A stretch of DNA of 64,000 nt from Octopus vulgaris (GCA_951406725.2 OX597824.1:124001-188000); one strand, 5' to 3'. Numbered from the stretch's first letter, positions 26,773 through 40,315 are shown. Numbers and translations: made by a program. The notes: a model not told the origin generated them from the sequence alone.

Positions 26773-27160
26773 GTTATTGTTTGTGGTGGTGATGGTGGTG
26801 GTGGTGCTGGTGTGTGGTGGTGGTGGTGGTGGTGGTGGTGGTGGTGTGTGGTGGTGGTGGTGGTGTGTGGTGGTGGTGGTGGTGGTGGTGGTGGTGGTGG
26901 TGGTGGTGATCGTGGTCGTAGTGGTGGTTGTGGTAGAAGTTTTCCTGGTTATCTAGTTGGCATAGCGCTGGTGGTGGTGGTGTTGGAAGTAGTGGTGGCA
27001 GTGGTGGTGGTGGCAGTGGTGGTGGCGGTGACAGTGGCGGCATTAGTATTCTTAATAACGATAATAAAGTAGGAAAAGAGATCTAACGGAACAGCACAAC
27101 GAGGATGGAACCATTCTTGTGAATGGAATACAAAAGCACAAATTTGATTTGAAACAATCG

Positions 27161-27206
<46 letters not shown>

Positions 27207-27220
27207 AATCATCATCATCA

Positions 27221-27252
<32 letters not shown>

Positions 27253-27677
27253 GCTGTTGGTGTTTTTATATTAATATTATTATTGTTATATGCGGTATCG
27301 AACTTTCCCAAGGCACACAGGAGACACCCCGCTCCTGCATGCCTACCGTCACTCTTGGCCAAGTCGTTCTTCTCAGATGTGTGAAAATCTCAAGTTAATT
27401 CCATTTGAAGCCATTCTGACAGTTTCACTGATTCTGAGACATTGGACATCTGTTGGGACAGCAAGCAAAACAAAAGCAATAAGGAGAGAAAGGAGGACGA
27501 AAGAGGAGAAGATGATGATGATGATGATGAGGAGGAGGAGGAGGAGGAGGAGGAGGAGGAAGCAGAAGCAGAAGACGAAGAAGAAGAAGAAGAAGAAGAA
27601 GAAGAAGAAGAAGAAGAAAAGAAGAAGAAGAAGAAGAAGAAGAAGAAGAAGAAGAAGAAGAAGAAGAAGAAGAAGAA
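26773..27677. repeat. Trinucleotide tracts (GGT)n, (CAT/TAT)n, (GAT/GAG/GAA)n
   Basis: Pure runs at ~26780-27040, 27160-27290 and 27510-27677. Confidence 0.95.
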
Positions 27678-28234
27678 ACAACGAGAACAAGCTTAAAAGT
27701 GTGAGGAAAAGAACAACAAAAATAGAGGAGAAACAAGAAAACGAAAAGAAAAAGAGGAAGGGAGAAGGAGAAGAAAGAGGAGAAAATATACGTTTAAAAC
27801 ATAAATATATTTGAAAAATGAAGGAATGAGAGGGAATAGTCCATTCGGTTCATCATAGACGACGTGTTCAGTAATTCTGTCTGTCATGTTTGATGAAGTC
27901 TTTCGCCTACTTAATAATATACTGGCTTTGATATGGGGTGGTGTGCTCGAAATATTAATGAAGCTACCTAAAGAAACTGTTCTTTGCATGTGTGTATGTA
28001 ACGGATAAGATGTGCGCACGGATATACGGATATGTGGTTAGATCTATATAGCTAGCCATATACATATTCATGTATATGTTTATACATACATATACATACT
28101 CTCACATGCATACATACATACATACATACATACATACATACATACATACATACATACATACATACATACATACATACATACATACATACATACATACACA
28201 CATACATACACACACACACACAAATATATATATA

Positions 28235-28430
28235 TTACTCTTTTACTTGTTTCAGTCATTTGACTGTGGCCATGCCGTAGCACCGCCTCTAGTCGAGCAA
28301 ATCGACCCCAGGACTTATTCTTTGTAAGCTTGGTACTTTATTCTATCGGTGTCTTTGGCTGAACCGCTAAGTTACGGGAACGTGAGCACACCACCAACTG
28401 TTGTCAAGCGATGTTGGGGGACACAGACAC
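28235..28430 (-). mobile_element. SINE family B 3' half
   Basis: TTACTCTTTTACTTGTTTCAGTCATTTGACTGTGGCCATG…GCTAAGTTACGGG. Confidence 0.85.
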
Positions 28431-28472
28431 ACAAACATATACACACACACACACACTCACACACATACATAC

Positions 28473-28544
<72 letters not shown>

Positions 28545-28754
28545 ATGTATAGGTGTGCAATCGGAAGCATGTATATAGGCATTAACACATGTATGTTTGC
28601 ATTATATGTGGATACATACAGAAACATCTATCAATCTCTCTTTCTACCAAAGCAGGAAAATTTTATGGTATCATTATTCACCATTCTACATGTTTCATTT
28701 GCTAATAGGAGTTACAAAGTTGTACATAGCTTGAATTTTAACTTTCTATACATA

Positions 28755-28820
<66 letters not shown>

Positions 28821-29005
28821 ATCTTTCTATGTATGTTTGTGTACATATATAGAGAGAGGGGGGAGAGAAAAAGAGAGAGAGAGAGAGAGAGAAAGCAAAA
28901 AGGTAAAACAGGAAGTCATCGTGCCTCAGGTGAACGCTCAGCAAATGAGAAAATCAGAAAGAAAAGTCTTTTACGTTTGAAATATAAACTCTTCTACTAT
29001 ATAAA

Positions 29006-29707
29006 CCGTATTTGGTGACCTAAAGGATGCACCTTTTTACCCCAAACTGGCTTTAAAAGTCCCCCTGCGTCCAATGCACTCAATCTAGGCTCAGAACTCG
29101 CTCAAAACGGTATCTCTGTTTACAAAACGTGTGCTGCCACTTATTACTCTTTTACTCCTTTGTTTCAGTCATTTGTCTGCGGCCATGCTGGAGCACCACC
29201 TTTAGTCGATCAAATCAACCACAGGACTTGTTTTTTTAAGCCTAGTACTTATTCTATCGATCTTTTTTGCCGAACCGCTAAGTTACGTCGACGTAAACAC
29301 ACCAGCATCAGTTGCCAAGCGATGTTGGGGGGGACAAAGACACACAAACATGCACCCACATATATACATATATACGATGGGCTTCTTTCAGTTTCCGTCT
29401 ACCAAATCCACTAATAAGGCTTTGGTCGGCCGGAGGCTCTGGTAGAAGACACTTGCCCAAGGTTCCACGCAGTGGGACTGAACCCAGAACCATATGGTTC
29501 GTAAGCAAGCCACTTATCACACAGCCGCAATCGCCTACCTTATATTTATATCGATTGTAGCAGCAAGAAATTACTTATAATTACCGGTAATAACATAGAG
29601 TTATACAGGTAAGTGGAGCAATTAAAACATTTAGTGATAATTTATTTTACAAAAGCCTAGCCAAGGCTAGGGTGCGTCCTATGCGTCTTATAGGCCATCA
29701 AATACGG
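29006..29707. mobile_element. Tc1/mariner-superfamily (pogo/Tc2-like) MITE hosting a nested SINE
   Basis: Left CCGTATTTGGTGACCTAAAGGATGCA vs right-end reverse complement CCGTATTTGATGGCCTATAAGACGCA; TA follows the right end. Confidence 0.7.
29141..29537 (-). mobile_element. Full-length SINE family B (tRNA head + CORE-like domain; OR2-like)
   Basis: Minus strand GGCTGTGTGATAAG…GGTTCAGTCCCACTGCGTGGAACCTTGGGCAAGTGTCTTC…GAAACAAAGG. Confidence 0.88.
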
Positions 29708-29724
29708 TATGTATATATATATAT

Positions 29725-29795
<71 letters not shown>

Positions 29796-29797
29796 TA

Positions 29798-30010
29798 CGA
29801 GGGGTAGTGAAAAGTTTCTGACTCTAAGGGTATCGCGAAAGGTCTGGCTGGAGGCCCAACTTCCTGGGTTCTTTTACAGGGCCTAGAAAATCTGAAGGAC
29901 TGCTGTAATAAGTGTGTGAATCTGAGAGGAGAATACTTTGAATAAAATCCTAATTAACTGATCCTCCTGTATTTTCTTTTACCCCAAAGCAGGAACTTTT
30001 CAGCACCTTC
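29798..30010 (+). mobile_element. Mariner-derived MITE (~210 bp)
   Basis: TA|CGAGGGGTAGTGAAAAGTTTCTG … CAGGAACTTTTCAGCACCTTC TIRs; internal LENLKDCCNKCVNLRGEYFE* matches a mariner transposase C-terminus. Confidence 0.8.
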
Positions 30011-30014
30011 TCCT

Positions 30015-30091
<77 letters not shown>

Positions 30092-30857
30092 TGTGTGTGT
30101 GAGTATGTATGTATGTATGTATGTATGTATGTATGTATGTACCAGTTCTTCCCAGAGCTAAGTTTTTGGTTTCTAAGAAAGAATCAATTCTCTTTCATTG
30201 GAACTCAGATAAGAAAAATCATAAGAGCTCAAAGTGAACTTGAGAAAAATCGTTCAATTTTTTTTTTTTTTTTCACCCTTTTCAGATTATACTGGCACAG
30301 TTCGCTTTGGCTTTTATCATTCTTTTCCTGAAAATCCTAGCTTTTCTAGCTTGCCATGCAAACATTGAGTAACATAAATGCCATCAATACGAATTTATAA
30401 TCTGGGTGGAGCAGCGGCACATTGTGAAATCGTCGTCTCTAGATTTTGCTTCTTTTACTGATCTGGGAAGAAATGTTCACATATGCCGGGCATCCGGTCG
30501 CTTTGAATATACAGGATATTTGAGTTTGTTGTCACATACAGCTTTATTAGATCTAGCATACTCTAGTGCTTGCTCTTGGAGAAGTTGGACGATTTCCTGA
30601 AAATGTTCCACAAATATTCTTTATGTTGATATGCATGTATTCAATAAGAGGGCGTTAGATTTACCCCCAACGAAGACTTTCCTACACATACCATTGTATA
30701 TTGTTTTAATAAAAACGTCATATTACGATAGGAGGTTGTAACTTGACGACATTTTTGATCAGCTGCTGATCACGTGTGAAATAGCTTCCGGAGACACAAT
30801 CGACATTTTGATTGACGTCTTCAGGGCGAACGAGCTTTACTTTATGTATGTATGTAT

Positions 30858-31019
30858 GTCATTATTCAGTTTATTTCAAGATTTCTTGCCAATAGAGAAA
30901 GAACCGATTTCTAACCTAGATCCAAGTTTCTTTCATTGCAATTTCAACATCAGCAACAGGGTATTTTTGTTTGTTTATTTGTATGTATGTATGTATGTAT
31001 ATATATGTATGTATGTATG

Positions 31020-31055
<36 letters not shown>

Positions 31056-31107
31056 TGTATGTATGTATGTATGTATGTATGTATGTATATATATGTATGT
31101 ATGTATG

Positions 31108-31143
<36 letters not shown>

Positions 31144-31740
31144 TGTATGTATGTATGTATGTATGCGAGTATGTATGTATGCGAGTATGTATGTATGTAT
31201 GTATGTATGTATGTATGTATATGTAGATTTGTATGTTTTATGCATATATTCTCACGCATATACTTCCATATCTAGACATGCTCGAATGATAAACTTCTGG
31301 AAAGTTTTACAGCTTTTTACAGTTCCAGTGATGGATTACATCTGTAGTCTTTGAATTAGCTTTCTCCTTTCTGATTTTGAGAATCCTAATTTCTCATGAT
31401 TCGTATTTAGGCACTGTGTTACATATCCCAGGGCCCAATAATTACAGGTATAAACCTGAACTTGTAATCTGGATTGAGTAACTGTTGATATCTCAATAGT
31501 TCAGCATAGATGTTTTCTTTTTCACTGATTTTCAGCTTTATGTTAACCTCCAATGGGTAGCTAATTTTCACGACTGTATAAAGTTTCTCTTCTTCATCCC
31601 AGGTCTGGTGTGCTTACATTTTATTGCGGTATTCATTAGTACATTCCACCAGTACTCCTTATTATGAGTCGCTATGGCTTCTACTATATTGTGGGTTTTT
31701 ATTTCTGTCCTCAGGATTATCCCTCCCACGGATTTCATTG
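30858..31740 (-). mobile_element. R4/Dong-clade LINE 3' fragment (RLE endonuclease + 3' UTR) flanked by (TATG)n
   Basis: Minus strand YWWNV..TAIKCKHTRP…YAELLR…YKFRFIPVIIG…GTVK.CKTF across frameshifts; the same 3' end recurs at 31874-31910 and 52621-52725. Confidence 0.75.
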
Positions 31741-31781
31741 TATGTATGCATGTATGTATGTATGTATGTATGTAGTGCGTG

Positions 31782-31880
<99 letters not shown>

Positions 31881-31911
31881 CAGTTTTATTTCAAGAATTC
31901 TTGCCTATAGA

Positions 31912-32141
31912 CAAGGGCCGGGGAACAGGGAGTGCAAGCGCAGCCCCTAAAACTTTTAGCAGGTGCAAAATCAAAATTTGCACCCCCTACATACTTTGCC
32001 AGGTTTAGAAAACAGTGTCTAAAAATTGATCTGTAAAAAGTTGCTTTAAGTTAGGTTCCTTCTCAAAACAAGAAAAAATGGACAAAAATAAATTTCTAAA
32101 AAGTCCAGAATGCTTACTGATGAAGCTGGCCATAAAATTCC
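31912..32141 (+). mobile_element. Left end of a hAT-like non-autonomous element
   Basis: Starts CAAGGGCCGGGGAAC; ~170 bp is similar to 45620-45792; interrupts an R4 3' end. Confidence 0.6.
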
Positions 32142-33284
32142 CTAGGTGTAGGAGTGGTTATCTGGTAAGTAGCTTTCCGTTATAAACTTATTGTTGTAAA
32201 CTTATTGTTCGTTGATTCACAATTTTATCTGTTTGATCTAATTCTTTTATCTCAGATTCTATATCTTGCAAGATATCACTGTTTTAATTTTCCTGTTTCC
32301 AATATTTTCATAGCACATTTTTCTAATTCGAATTTCTTATCTGTTTCTCAGCTAAAGTCATATACTATCTGCAGTGGTGTTTCTAGCTGTTTATCACTTG
32401 CAGTATACAACGTGGGGTCATCCATCTACAAAACGACGGATGATTATCTTACCATTTGTATCCGAGTAGACTGGAAGATATAGAGAATGTTCTAGTTGCA
32501 TCTATTATGTGTCCGTTGGCATTATAGAAATAAGTAAAAGATAAGCAGATAATTAGATATCAGGATGGATGGGCACATGTCGCCATTTAAGTACAAGAAT
32601 AATTTACCTTTGTCGAATATATATTTTCAGTGTATCTTATATAAGGACAAATAAAAGGAGGTGAGAGTAATAAAAAGAAAAGGGTTCGTCTAGAATCTGA
32701 GTTGGCTCTGTTGTGGGGTTCAAATCGCTAGTTTTATAACTCTGAACAAAACTTTCTACAATCCTCCATTTCCAATTTGGCGGGAAGTTTATATAACTTC
32801 TCTCTGTTTGTTGCTGAACACCAGCCAATGCTGATTGACCGGAAGGCATTTATGTGAGTGTACTGTTCTCTCAAGGGGCTGGCCATGCCTTTATGACCGT
32901 ATGTATAGACTGTGGTTCATAGCTGGAAATCCAAACGAGGGGGTTCGAATTGAGGCAGTGATTTACAGCAGATGGCTGGCTGGCTGGATGGATGAATGGA
33001 TAGAAGGATAAATTGAAAGACGAATCCATGCATTATTTGCATTATTATGGAGGGTAGATGTGGTGGTGACTCCTGACTGCCTCTCCACCCCAATTTTCTG
33101 AACGTTTGCAAAAATATTGTTATAGCTATTCTATGCTTTCAAAATATTTCTTTCAAATTGCTTTATCACATATGCCGTCAGCAACATTTGACATTTTCTT
33201 ATTTGCGATCGAGTGTTAATGTATGTGTAACATGTCTTGATGAATGTCTGTATATGTCAGTGTGCTGTAGTTGTATACAAATGA

Positions 33285-33332
<48 letters not shown>

Positions 33333-34229
33333 GTTTAATGATATGGTTTATATACAGATACTTCTATAGCAATTTTGTAAAGGAAGAAAAAAGAGAACTT
33401 GTTATTTACATAAAAGTCGCATTCTAAAAATAGCAGATTTATTCAGTTCTATGATAAATGCTGTCAAAACATCCAACAGTAACACAAACACTCACAAAAA
33501 AATAATAAAAAGATGAACGAACAAACAATAACAAAAATATGAGAAACCAAAAAGATAATAAAATAAACAAAAACGATAAAGAAGAACGTCAAACGTCGCC
33601 ATCACTTTTAGTAACCATCAAATATTCGATTGGTCAGTTATTTATTTATTTATTCATTTAATAATTTTGGTCAGTTTTCACTGTATCATTTTCCATTTAT
33701 TCATCAAACAATAACACGAGAACTTTTTATTATTATTTTTTTTTTTAATCTGTGAAATTAATGTCTGTCCAGATAAGCGCGTGACTCTTCTGTTTTTGTC
33801 ATTCTGAAAAGAAGCGGAGTGGGGGAAAAGAGATGACAATAATATAGATTACATATTTATTTGTTAGAAATGTTGTTTGTATTGTTACAATGTCTGGTCT
33901 CCTGTTGATTTCGGTCACGAAACCAGATATCGTAATAAAGACAGCGTTTCGTGTGTTGGTATGTTTCCAGTTTCTTATTCGCCAACAAGCTTCAAATTCA
34001 AAGAAAAATGGCGCCATAGAGATAAAGGGAGATAATTCTTTCAAGCAATTATACACTTCCTCAAACACATGACTGTCTAAAAATTCCCGAATCAGGAAAA
34101 TCAGACGCACCTGTATTCGTTAAGAGAGCAGGTGTTTTATTAGTATTAATTAAAAAACAACAACAACAACATTATAGTCTCATAATCGCCAAATTACTTA
34201 CATATTACACACCGGAAGTTAATAATCCC

Positions 34230-35012
34230 TATCTGATGACTGCCGGAGTTGATTCCCAACTTCTAGTATTCATCGCTGCCCGGGACCAGGCATTGAATAC
34301 CAACTCAAGGAAAAGGGGTATATACCACACTAAAGCATTGGACCTCTGCCGAATGTGCGGGAAACGGGTCGAAAGTGTGCTTGTGAAAGTCTTACTCAGA
34401 GAGAGTAGAAGCGTAGATACGACAAGGTAACCCAAAACCTTCACTGGCTACTATGTCCGAAGTATGGATACGAGGTAAAGGGTGCTTAGTACCAACATAC
34501 ACCGGAAAAGGTAATGGAAGAAAAGGGGGAGGCAAAAATCCCTTGGAACTTTGACTTCCAGACAGACAAAGTGTTAGAACACCGAAGGCCGGATATAGTA
34601 ACCTTTAGGAGGAATAAACAAGAGAGCTTAATAATGGACGTGGCTGTGCCAGGAGATCAACATATCATGAAAGAAAAAGAAAAGGTTGGGAGAGCTGAGA
34701 ATTGAGATTGCTAAGATGTGGCAGCTACGAGAGTCAAACATAAAGGTTGTCCCTGTTGTCACCGGAGCATTGGGTTCAATACCACCCAACCTGAAGAAAC
34801 ATCTGGAAACTTTAAAAATACACAACAATCTAGGTGTATTGCAAAAGTTGGCATTTCTTGGAACTGCACGCATATTGCACAAAGTACTGTCAGTCTGAGG
34901 TCCTTGCTGTGACTTGAGAGAAAGTAGAAACCCCCGGTGGACAAAATATCTGCAATCAACAATCTCACGAGATTGGATACTGTGCGACATCTTAAACAAC
35001 AACAACAGCAAC
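34230..35012 (+). mobile_element. R4/Dong-clade LINE C-terminal fragment (zinc knuckle start + RLE) with (AAC)n tail
   Basis: AARDQALNTN…CRMCGKRVESV; WNFDFQTDKVLEHRRPDIV…DVAVPGD; VVPVVTGALG…LQKLAFLGTARILHKVL*. Confidence 0.92.
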
Positions 35013-35014
35013 AA

Positions 35015-35142
35015 TGGTTTCAAATGTTGGCACAAGGCCAGTAATTTCGGGGAGGAGCTAGGTCGATTACATCGATCCCAGTGTTCAACTGGTTCTTATT
35101 TTATCGATCCCGAAAGGATGAAAGGCAAAGTCGAACACGATT
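35015..35142 (-). mobile_element. SINE family A 3' part
   Basis: TTATCGATCCCGAAAGGATGAAAGGCAAAGTCGA. Confidence 0.8.
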
Positions 35143-35457
35143 GAAAGAAGAAAAAGAAGAATATATGTACGTATGTATGCACGTGCTATGGATGTAATTA
35201 ATATACGTATGTATGTATAATCTAAAAGTTAATGGGGAAAGTCAATCGTTTAAATAGAACTCAGAAATGTTTGCCTAAATCATAAGAAAGATAATTCAGA
35301 GTAAATCAAATCACCAGAAAAATGAAGAAAAAATATGAAAATTATTTTAAGCAATAAAAACTTAATCTAAGGCTTCTGAAAAATCAAATTTAAAGGAAAA
35401 TGGAGTGAAAAATAAACAGTTTGTAATGAGTATACATTAGAACAAAAATATAGTATA

Positions 35458-36616
35458 CTAGCTTAAGGTGACCCGCTCTACGCGCGGGTGAGGGTGTGGT
35501 TGACAGTTTCTGTTGCTTCCTTTCTGTTTCTTATCGCCGCGTTCTCCCTCTTTGTTTCTCTCTCCTTTCTCTTTCACTTTCTCACTCTCTTACTCTTCCT
35601 TTCTCTCGGACTCTCCCTCGCTTTCTCTTAATCTCTATCTTTCTCTATCTATCTCTCTCCCATTTATAAAAATCAAAAGATCTTGAGTAAGTTAAGAAAG
35701 AAAATATTTTGAAAGATTAATCATAAATATCAGGCAGTGACAACGGAAAGCACACTTGCCTTTTGTACGAGCTACTATTTGAGCGATTAAAAATAAGGAA
35801 AAAAGGATTTCTTTGTTAAATTTAGTACTTATTGTGGGAATTTTTCGACGATTGACCATGCAAATGAAAGCTCTAAACACGGGTTACATGCAGCTGTAAA
35901 TTTCTTTCAAAAAAATGAAAACTGTAAACAATAAAAAATAAAAGGCAAAAATACGTAAAAATGAGAAATTTTTTTCAAATTCAAAAATCTTGCCTTAATT
36001 TTCAAAATTTCGAATCCATTTTCCGCGCTTAAATTACAGATCTGCTTCCACTTTACCATGTTGAAAACTTGATTGAAATCGGGAAAAAGGCGTCCAATCT
36101 AGACCCCCAAGTGTCCCCAAAAATCAATAAAATACCGGTTTTCACAGCAAAGTAACCACTGTAGCGCCCCAAAACGTCTCCCAATCAACTTCTCACCTCA
36201 AGTTACCCCCTCCTGTAAATTTTAATCCCTTTCCAGCCCCATTTAGAACCCTTTTTACATAAAAATCCAATTTGTATCAACATTCGCCTTCTTCATTTTA
36301 TAGATTAAAGATAATCGCCTCTAACCTCCGAAACAACACGAAAAGCCACCATTATTCAAACAGCGCAACCTGTCTATCCCATGGAACTCAATTTTTTCCC
36401 ATATTCCTCACCATGGCAACCAAACGGTAGCCCCGAGGGACTTGCAGCCCTCTTCATATCATTGTCCACTCCATTTTACCCCCCCCCCCCCCCCAGTGTA
36501 AATTTTGGTGCCAATCCGACCCCATCTACCGCCCCTTAAACCGTTCCCATCCCCAAATGAGACAAATAACCAAGAAATCAAACAACTTTTTCGCATTTCA
36601 GCTTTATAGATATTGA
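35458..36616 (-). mobile_element. Non-autonomous Helitron, family 2 (~1.16 kb)
   Basis: Minus strand starts TCAATATCTATAAAGCTG and ends ACCCGC(GCGTAGA)GCGGGT…CTAG; A35457/T36617 flanks; 5' end could alternatively be 36610. Confidence 0.8.
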
Positions 36617-37000
36617 TTTGGGAATACCAAATGTTTACTCCGTAGAAACTTAGATTTTATATTGTCCAAGATGATATTGAATCATGGTATTGAATCCGGA
36701 AGTGAGTTAACAAATAAACGGAAGTTGCACTCAGTTGATTTAGCTCTTTGTGTTACATTGCTTCCCAGTATTCAAGATGGTCGTGTTTTCTCCGCCACAC
36801 CCATGTATTTATTTCGCTTAGGAATAGCAAAACTAATAACCTGGTGTTAGAACTTGATATACGTATGGTTCAGAAGGAAGTGTTAATCGGCTGCAGAGCG
36901 TCATACGAGATGGGATAAATGACAATGGAGCAATACATTATGCAATGAACTTCGTTACTTTACAGCTGTTTCTATGTACTTATAATCGAGTGCTTGTGTA

Positions 37001-37384
37001 ACACGCACAGTCATATTTAACAACATTTAAATACATACATACATACATACATACATACATACATACATACATACATAAAAACGTACGTACGTACGTACGT
37101 TTGTAAATATCTGGGTTTTTTTCGTTGTTTGAAAAAAGTTCTTTTCCATGGTTTTGTTTTTAAGTTTTCGTTTCTCATTGTGTCCGACGTTTTTTTTTTT
37201 GGTGTCCTGTACCTATATATGCATGTATATATACATATAGATGTAGGTATGTACATATATGTATGTATATATGCATATGTTTTATTTATTATTTTGTTAT
37301 GTATGTATGTATGTATGTATGTATGTATGTATGTATGTATGTATGTATGTATGTATAAATGTTGTTAAATACGACTGCGGGTGT
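37001..37384. repeat. Imperfect inverted repeat (arms 37001-37080 / 37292-37384, including TACA/TGTA runs)
   Basis: ACACGCACAGTCATATTTAACAACATTTA vs TAAATGTTGTTAAATACGACTGCGGGTGT. Confidence 0.8.
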
Positions 37385-37514
37385 GAGAACACTTACACTG
37401 CTAGAAATAAGAGCTGAAAGGCTCTATTGTTGCTATCAACGCATATAAAATTGTATAATACATGCTGGGAGCGACCGTAGATAGCCGGAATGTGGCGATC
37501 GTGATATCATCTTT

Positions 37515-37549
37515 GCCGTACGGTTTCAGCTTAAGGCCAAAGCATCGTC

Positions 37550-37552
<3 letters not shown>
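37515..37552 (-). ncRNA. Truncated minimal hammerhead-like motif
   Basis: Minus strand CTGACGA-T-GCTT(TGGCCTT)AAGC-T-GAAACC-GTA; 5' strand of stem I replaced by (TA)n. Confidence 0.45.
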
Positions 37553-37637
<85 letters not shown>

Positions 37638-37638
<1 letters not shown>

Positions 37639-37795
37639 CGACAGGCTTCTTTCAGTTTCCGTCTACCAAATCCGCTCACAAGGCTTTGGTCTGCCCGAGG
37701 CTATAGTAGAAGACACGTGCCCAAAGTGCCACGCAGTGGGACTGAACCCGGAACCATGTGGTTGGGAAGCAAGCTTCTTACCACACAACCACTCC
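37638..37795 (-). mobile_element. SINE family B 5' half
   Basis: CTTTCAGTTTCCGTCTACCAAATCC…GGGACTGAACCCGGAACCATGTGG. Confidence 0.85.
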
Positions 37796-37798
37796 ATA

Positions 37799-37972
37799 TA
37801 GAAGTAGACGTCAGATACCTATAATCCACTCTAAAACTTGTTCTCTATATTCTCGATATCCAATTATTCATAATTTTGTATATTTTCTTGCTCATTCCCT
37901 CGCCTTCGACCTGTAGTTGAATAGAGATGACAAATTTTAGAGTGGATTGTAGGTATTTGACATCTACTTCTA
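37799..37972. repeat. Inverted repeat, ~50-bp arms, ~70-bp spacer
   Basis: TAGAAGTAGACGTCAGATACCTATAATCCACTCTAAAA vs TTTTAGAGTGGATTGTAGGTATTTGACATCTACTTCTA. Confidence 0.88.
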
Positions 37973-38192
37973 GCGCAGGCGCTGGTTATTTCCAGTAACC
38001 CTTAATTATAATTATAATTTTATGATTATATACTTTATATATATATATGATTCAAAACAGTTTGATTCAGTTCCGTGCTACTTCAAGTAACACGAATCAA
38101 AGTGTTTTAAATCGTATTTGTAACCCCTACTTAATGGGTTGAGCGCCCTTTTCTTTCGTTTGTCCACTCACTCAAATACAAACACACGCACG

Positions 38193-38236
<44 letters not shown>

Positions 38237-38239
38237 ATC

Positions 38240-38595
38240 TTGTTCCTTGTTTCTGTCATGGGACTGTGGCCATGCTGAAGGGTTTTGGCCCACCTTGAAG
38301 GGTTTGGGCCGAGCGAACCGATTTCTTTAAGCCTGGCAGTTATTCTATCTTTGGCCGAACTGCGAAGTTACTGGAACGTAAACAAACCAACACCAATTGT
38401 TAAGTGGTGGCGGGAGACAAAAACAAAGAAACTCACAGAAACCCCTCCCCCACACACTCACACACGGACGCATACACACAGACACATACACTCACACATA
38501 CATACACACAGACACACACAAAACACATACACACACACACATGACAGGCTTCTTTCAGTTTCTGTCTATCAAATCCACTCACAAGGCTTTGGTCG
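38240..38595 (-). mobile_element. Degenerate SINE family B
   Basis: GTGGCCATGCTG…GCCGAACTGCG…CTTTCAGTTTCTGTCTATCAAATCCACTCACAAGG. Confidence 0.75.
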
Positions 38596-38674
38596 TTTGT
38601 ATTAAAAGAATTTAATATCGTTATAGGAATCCGGCAATATGTATGTATGCATGCATACATGTATGTATATAACT

Positions 38675-38709
<35 letters not shown>

Positions 38710-38944
38710 TGCATATATGTATGTATATGTTTATATATGTATGTATTTATGAATGTATGTATGGATGGCTGGCTGGATATATGGATACATGTATGTATGT
38801 ATTTATATATGTATGTATATATGTTTGCATATTTGTATGTGTCCATACATGCATGTATTTATATATGTATGTATTTATGTATCTGTTTTCTATATGTATG
38901 TATGCATATGTGTATGTATGCATACATGTATGTATGCATGTGTG

Positions 38945-39012
<68 letters not shown>

Positions 39013-39494
39013 TGTATACATATATATATAGAAAACTTCTGTTAAGTCCTGACAGCACTTCGAATTCCCAACTCCATTGGTACAAATGTCACGATACCAA
39101 AATCTGTGAAATGGAGAATGGTTCTGCAGAGATAATGCAGAATCTGGATTTGTATCTTTGCAACTCTCAGCTCCGATTACATGGAATCATTAATGCATTT
39201 GGTTACGCAATTAAATTTTTATACAGCAGCACCGCTGAGGATTTCGTGTTCGGAAAGTCAGAATGGAATTTATTATCAGCCGAGATAATTATAAGTAAAA
39301 CCTGTGTAAAAGTTTCGCATTTATTGATGTCTTTGTAACAATAGAATAATCTCGCAGCCCCCACCTCTTGCATTGTACTGTTTGGTGAATGGATGGGAAG
39401 ACACGCTACATCACTCGCTCGCACACATGCCATGCAGACGGCCACACACACGATCAAGTTCATACAAACGCATACATATATACATACATATAAT

Positions 39495-39576
<82 letters not shown>

Positions 39577-39676
39577 GATAGATAGATAGATAGATAGAGA
39601 CATATATACATACATTAAAAAGTATGCATATAATCTGTGTGTGTGTGTGTGCGCGTGCGTGCGCGCGTGTGTGTGT

Positions 39677-39718
<42 letters not shown>

Positions 39719-40268
39719 ACAAATCAATGAATAAAAGAAAGTAGGAATGAACACGTTCGTTTTGTTAGAGTTACATATATTTAGTAGCAGTTTGATTCAA
39801 TTCCACATCACTTACAGTTTTGTGTGCGTAAGACACGTCCACGCCATCGAATGTTCGGAGAGTGAAGGGAGAGAATTTAAGACAAATTAAAAATGGCCAC
39901 CACATATTTAGGCTTCCATTTGTCCGTTCAGGATATGTAGTTGTGGTCATAGCGGTATCGGTTATTTTATTGTTAGGACTACGTGGTGCAGACAGGATGT
40001 TGGCGTACTTTGTGGGCATTCTTCAACGACACCAGTTCTTTTCATGAGAAACTGCACGTGGTAGGATAGGAAAGAAGTTGGTGCCAATTAGTCTGTGATC
40101 ATTTTGTAGGGTTAGGTACTTTAACGACGATAGTTATCACTTGAGCGTAACCGATTCGATGGCAACAGATTATAAATGAGTTCCCGTGACAAACATGAAT
40201 AGGCTGTAGCCTCTACGGACAGGAATTGTATTCTCTGTCACTGTGCGTGGGAAAGCTAGGCCTAAAGT

Positions 40269-40315
<47 letters not shown>

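Noticed and set aside
27290-27814. Poly-R/K/E/D ORFs resembling protamine-like or acidic proteins
   Set aside because: Pure GAT/GAG/GAA repeats; no splice context or domain.
39035-39338. ~100-codon non-repetitive + strand frame
   Set aside because: No splice signals or recognisable motif; could be chance or a TE relic.
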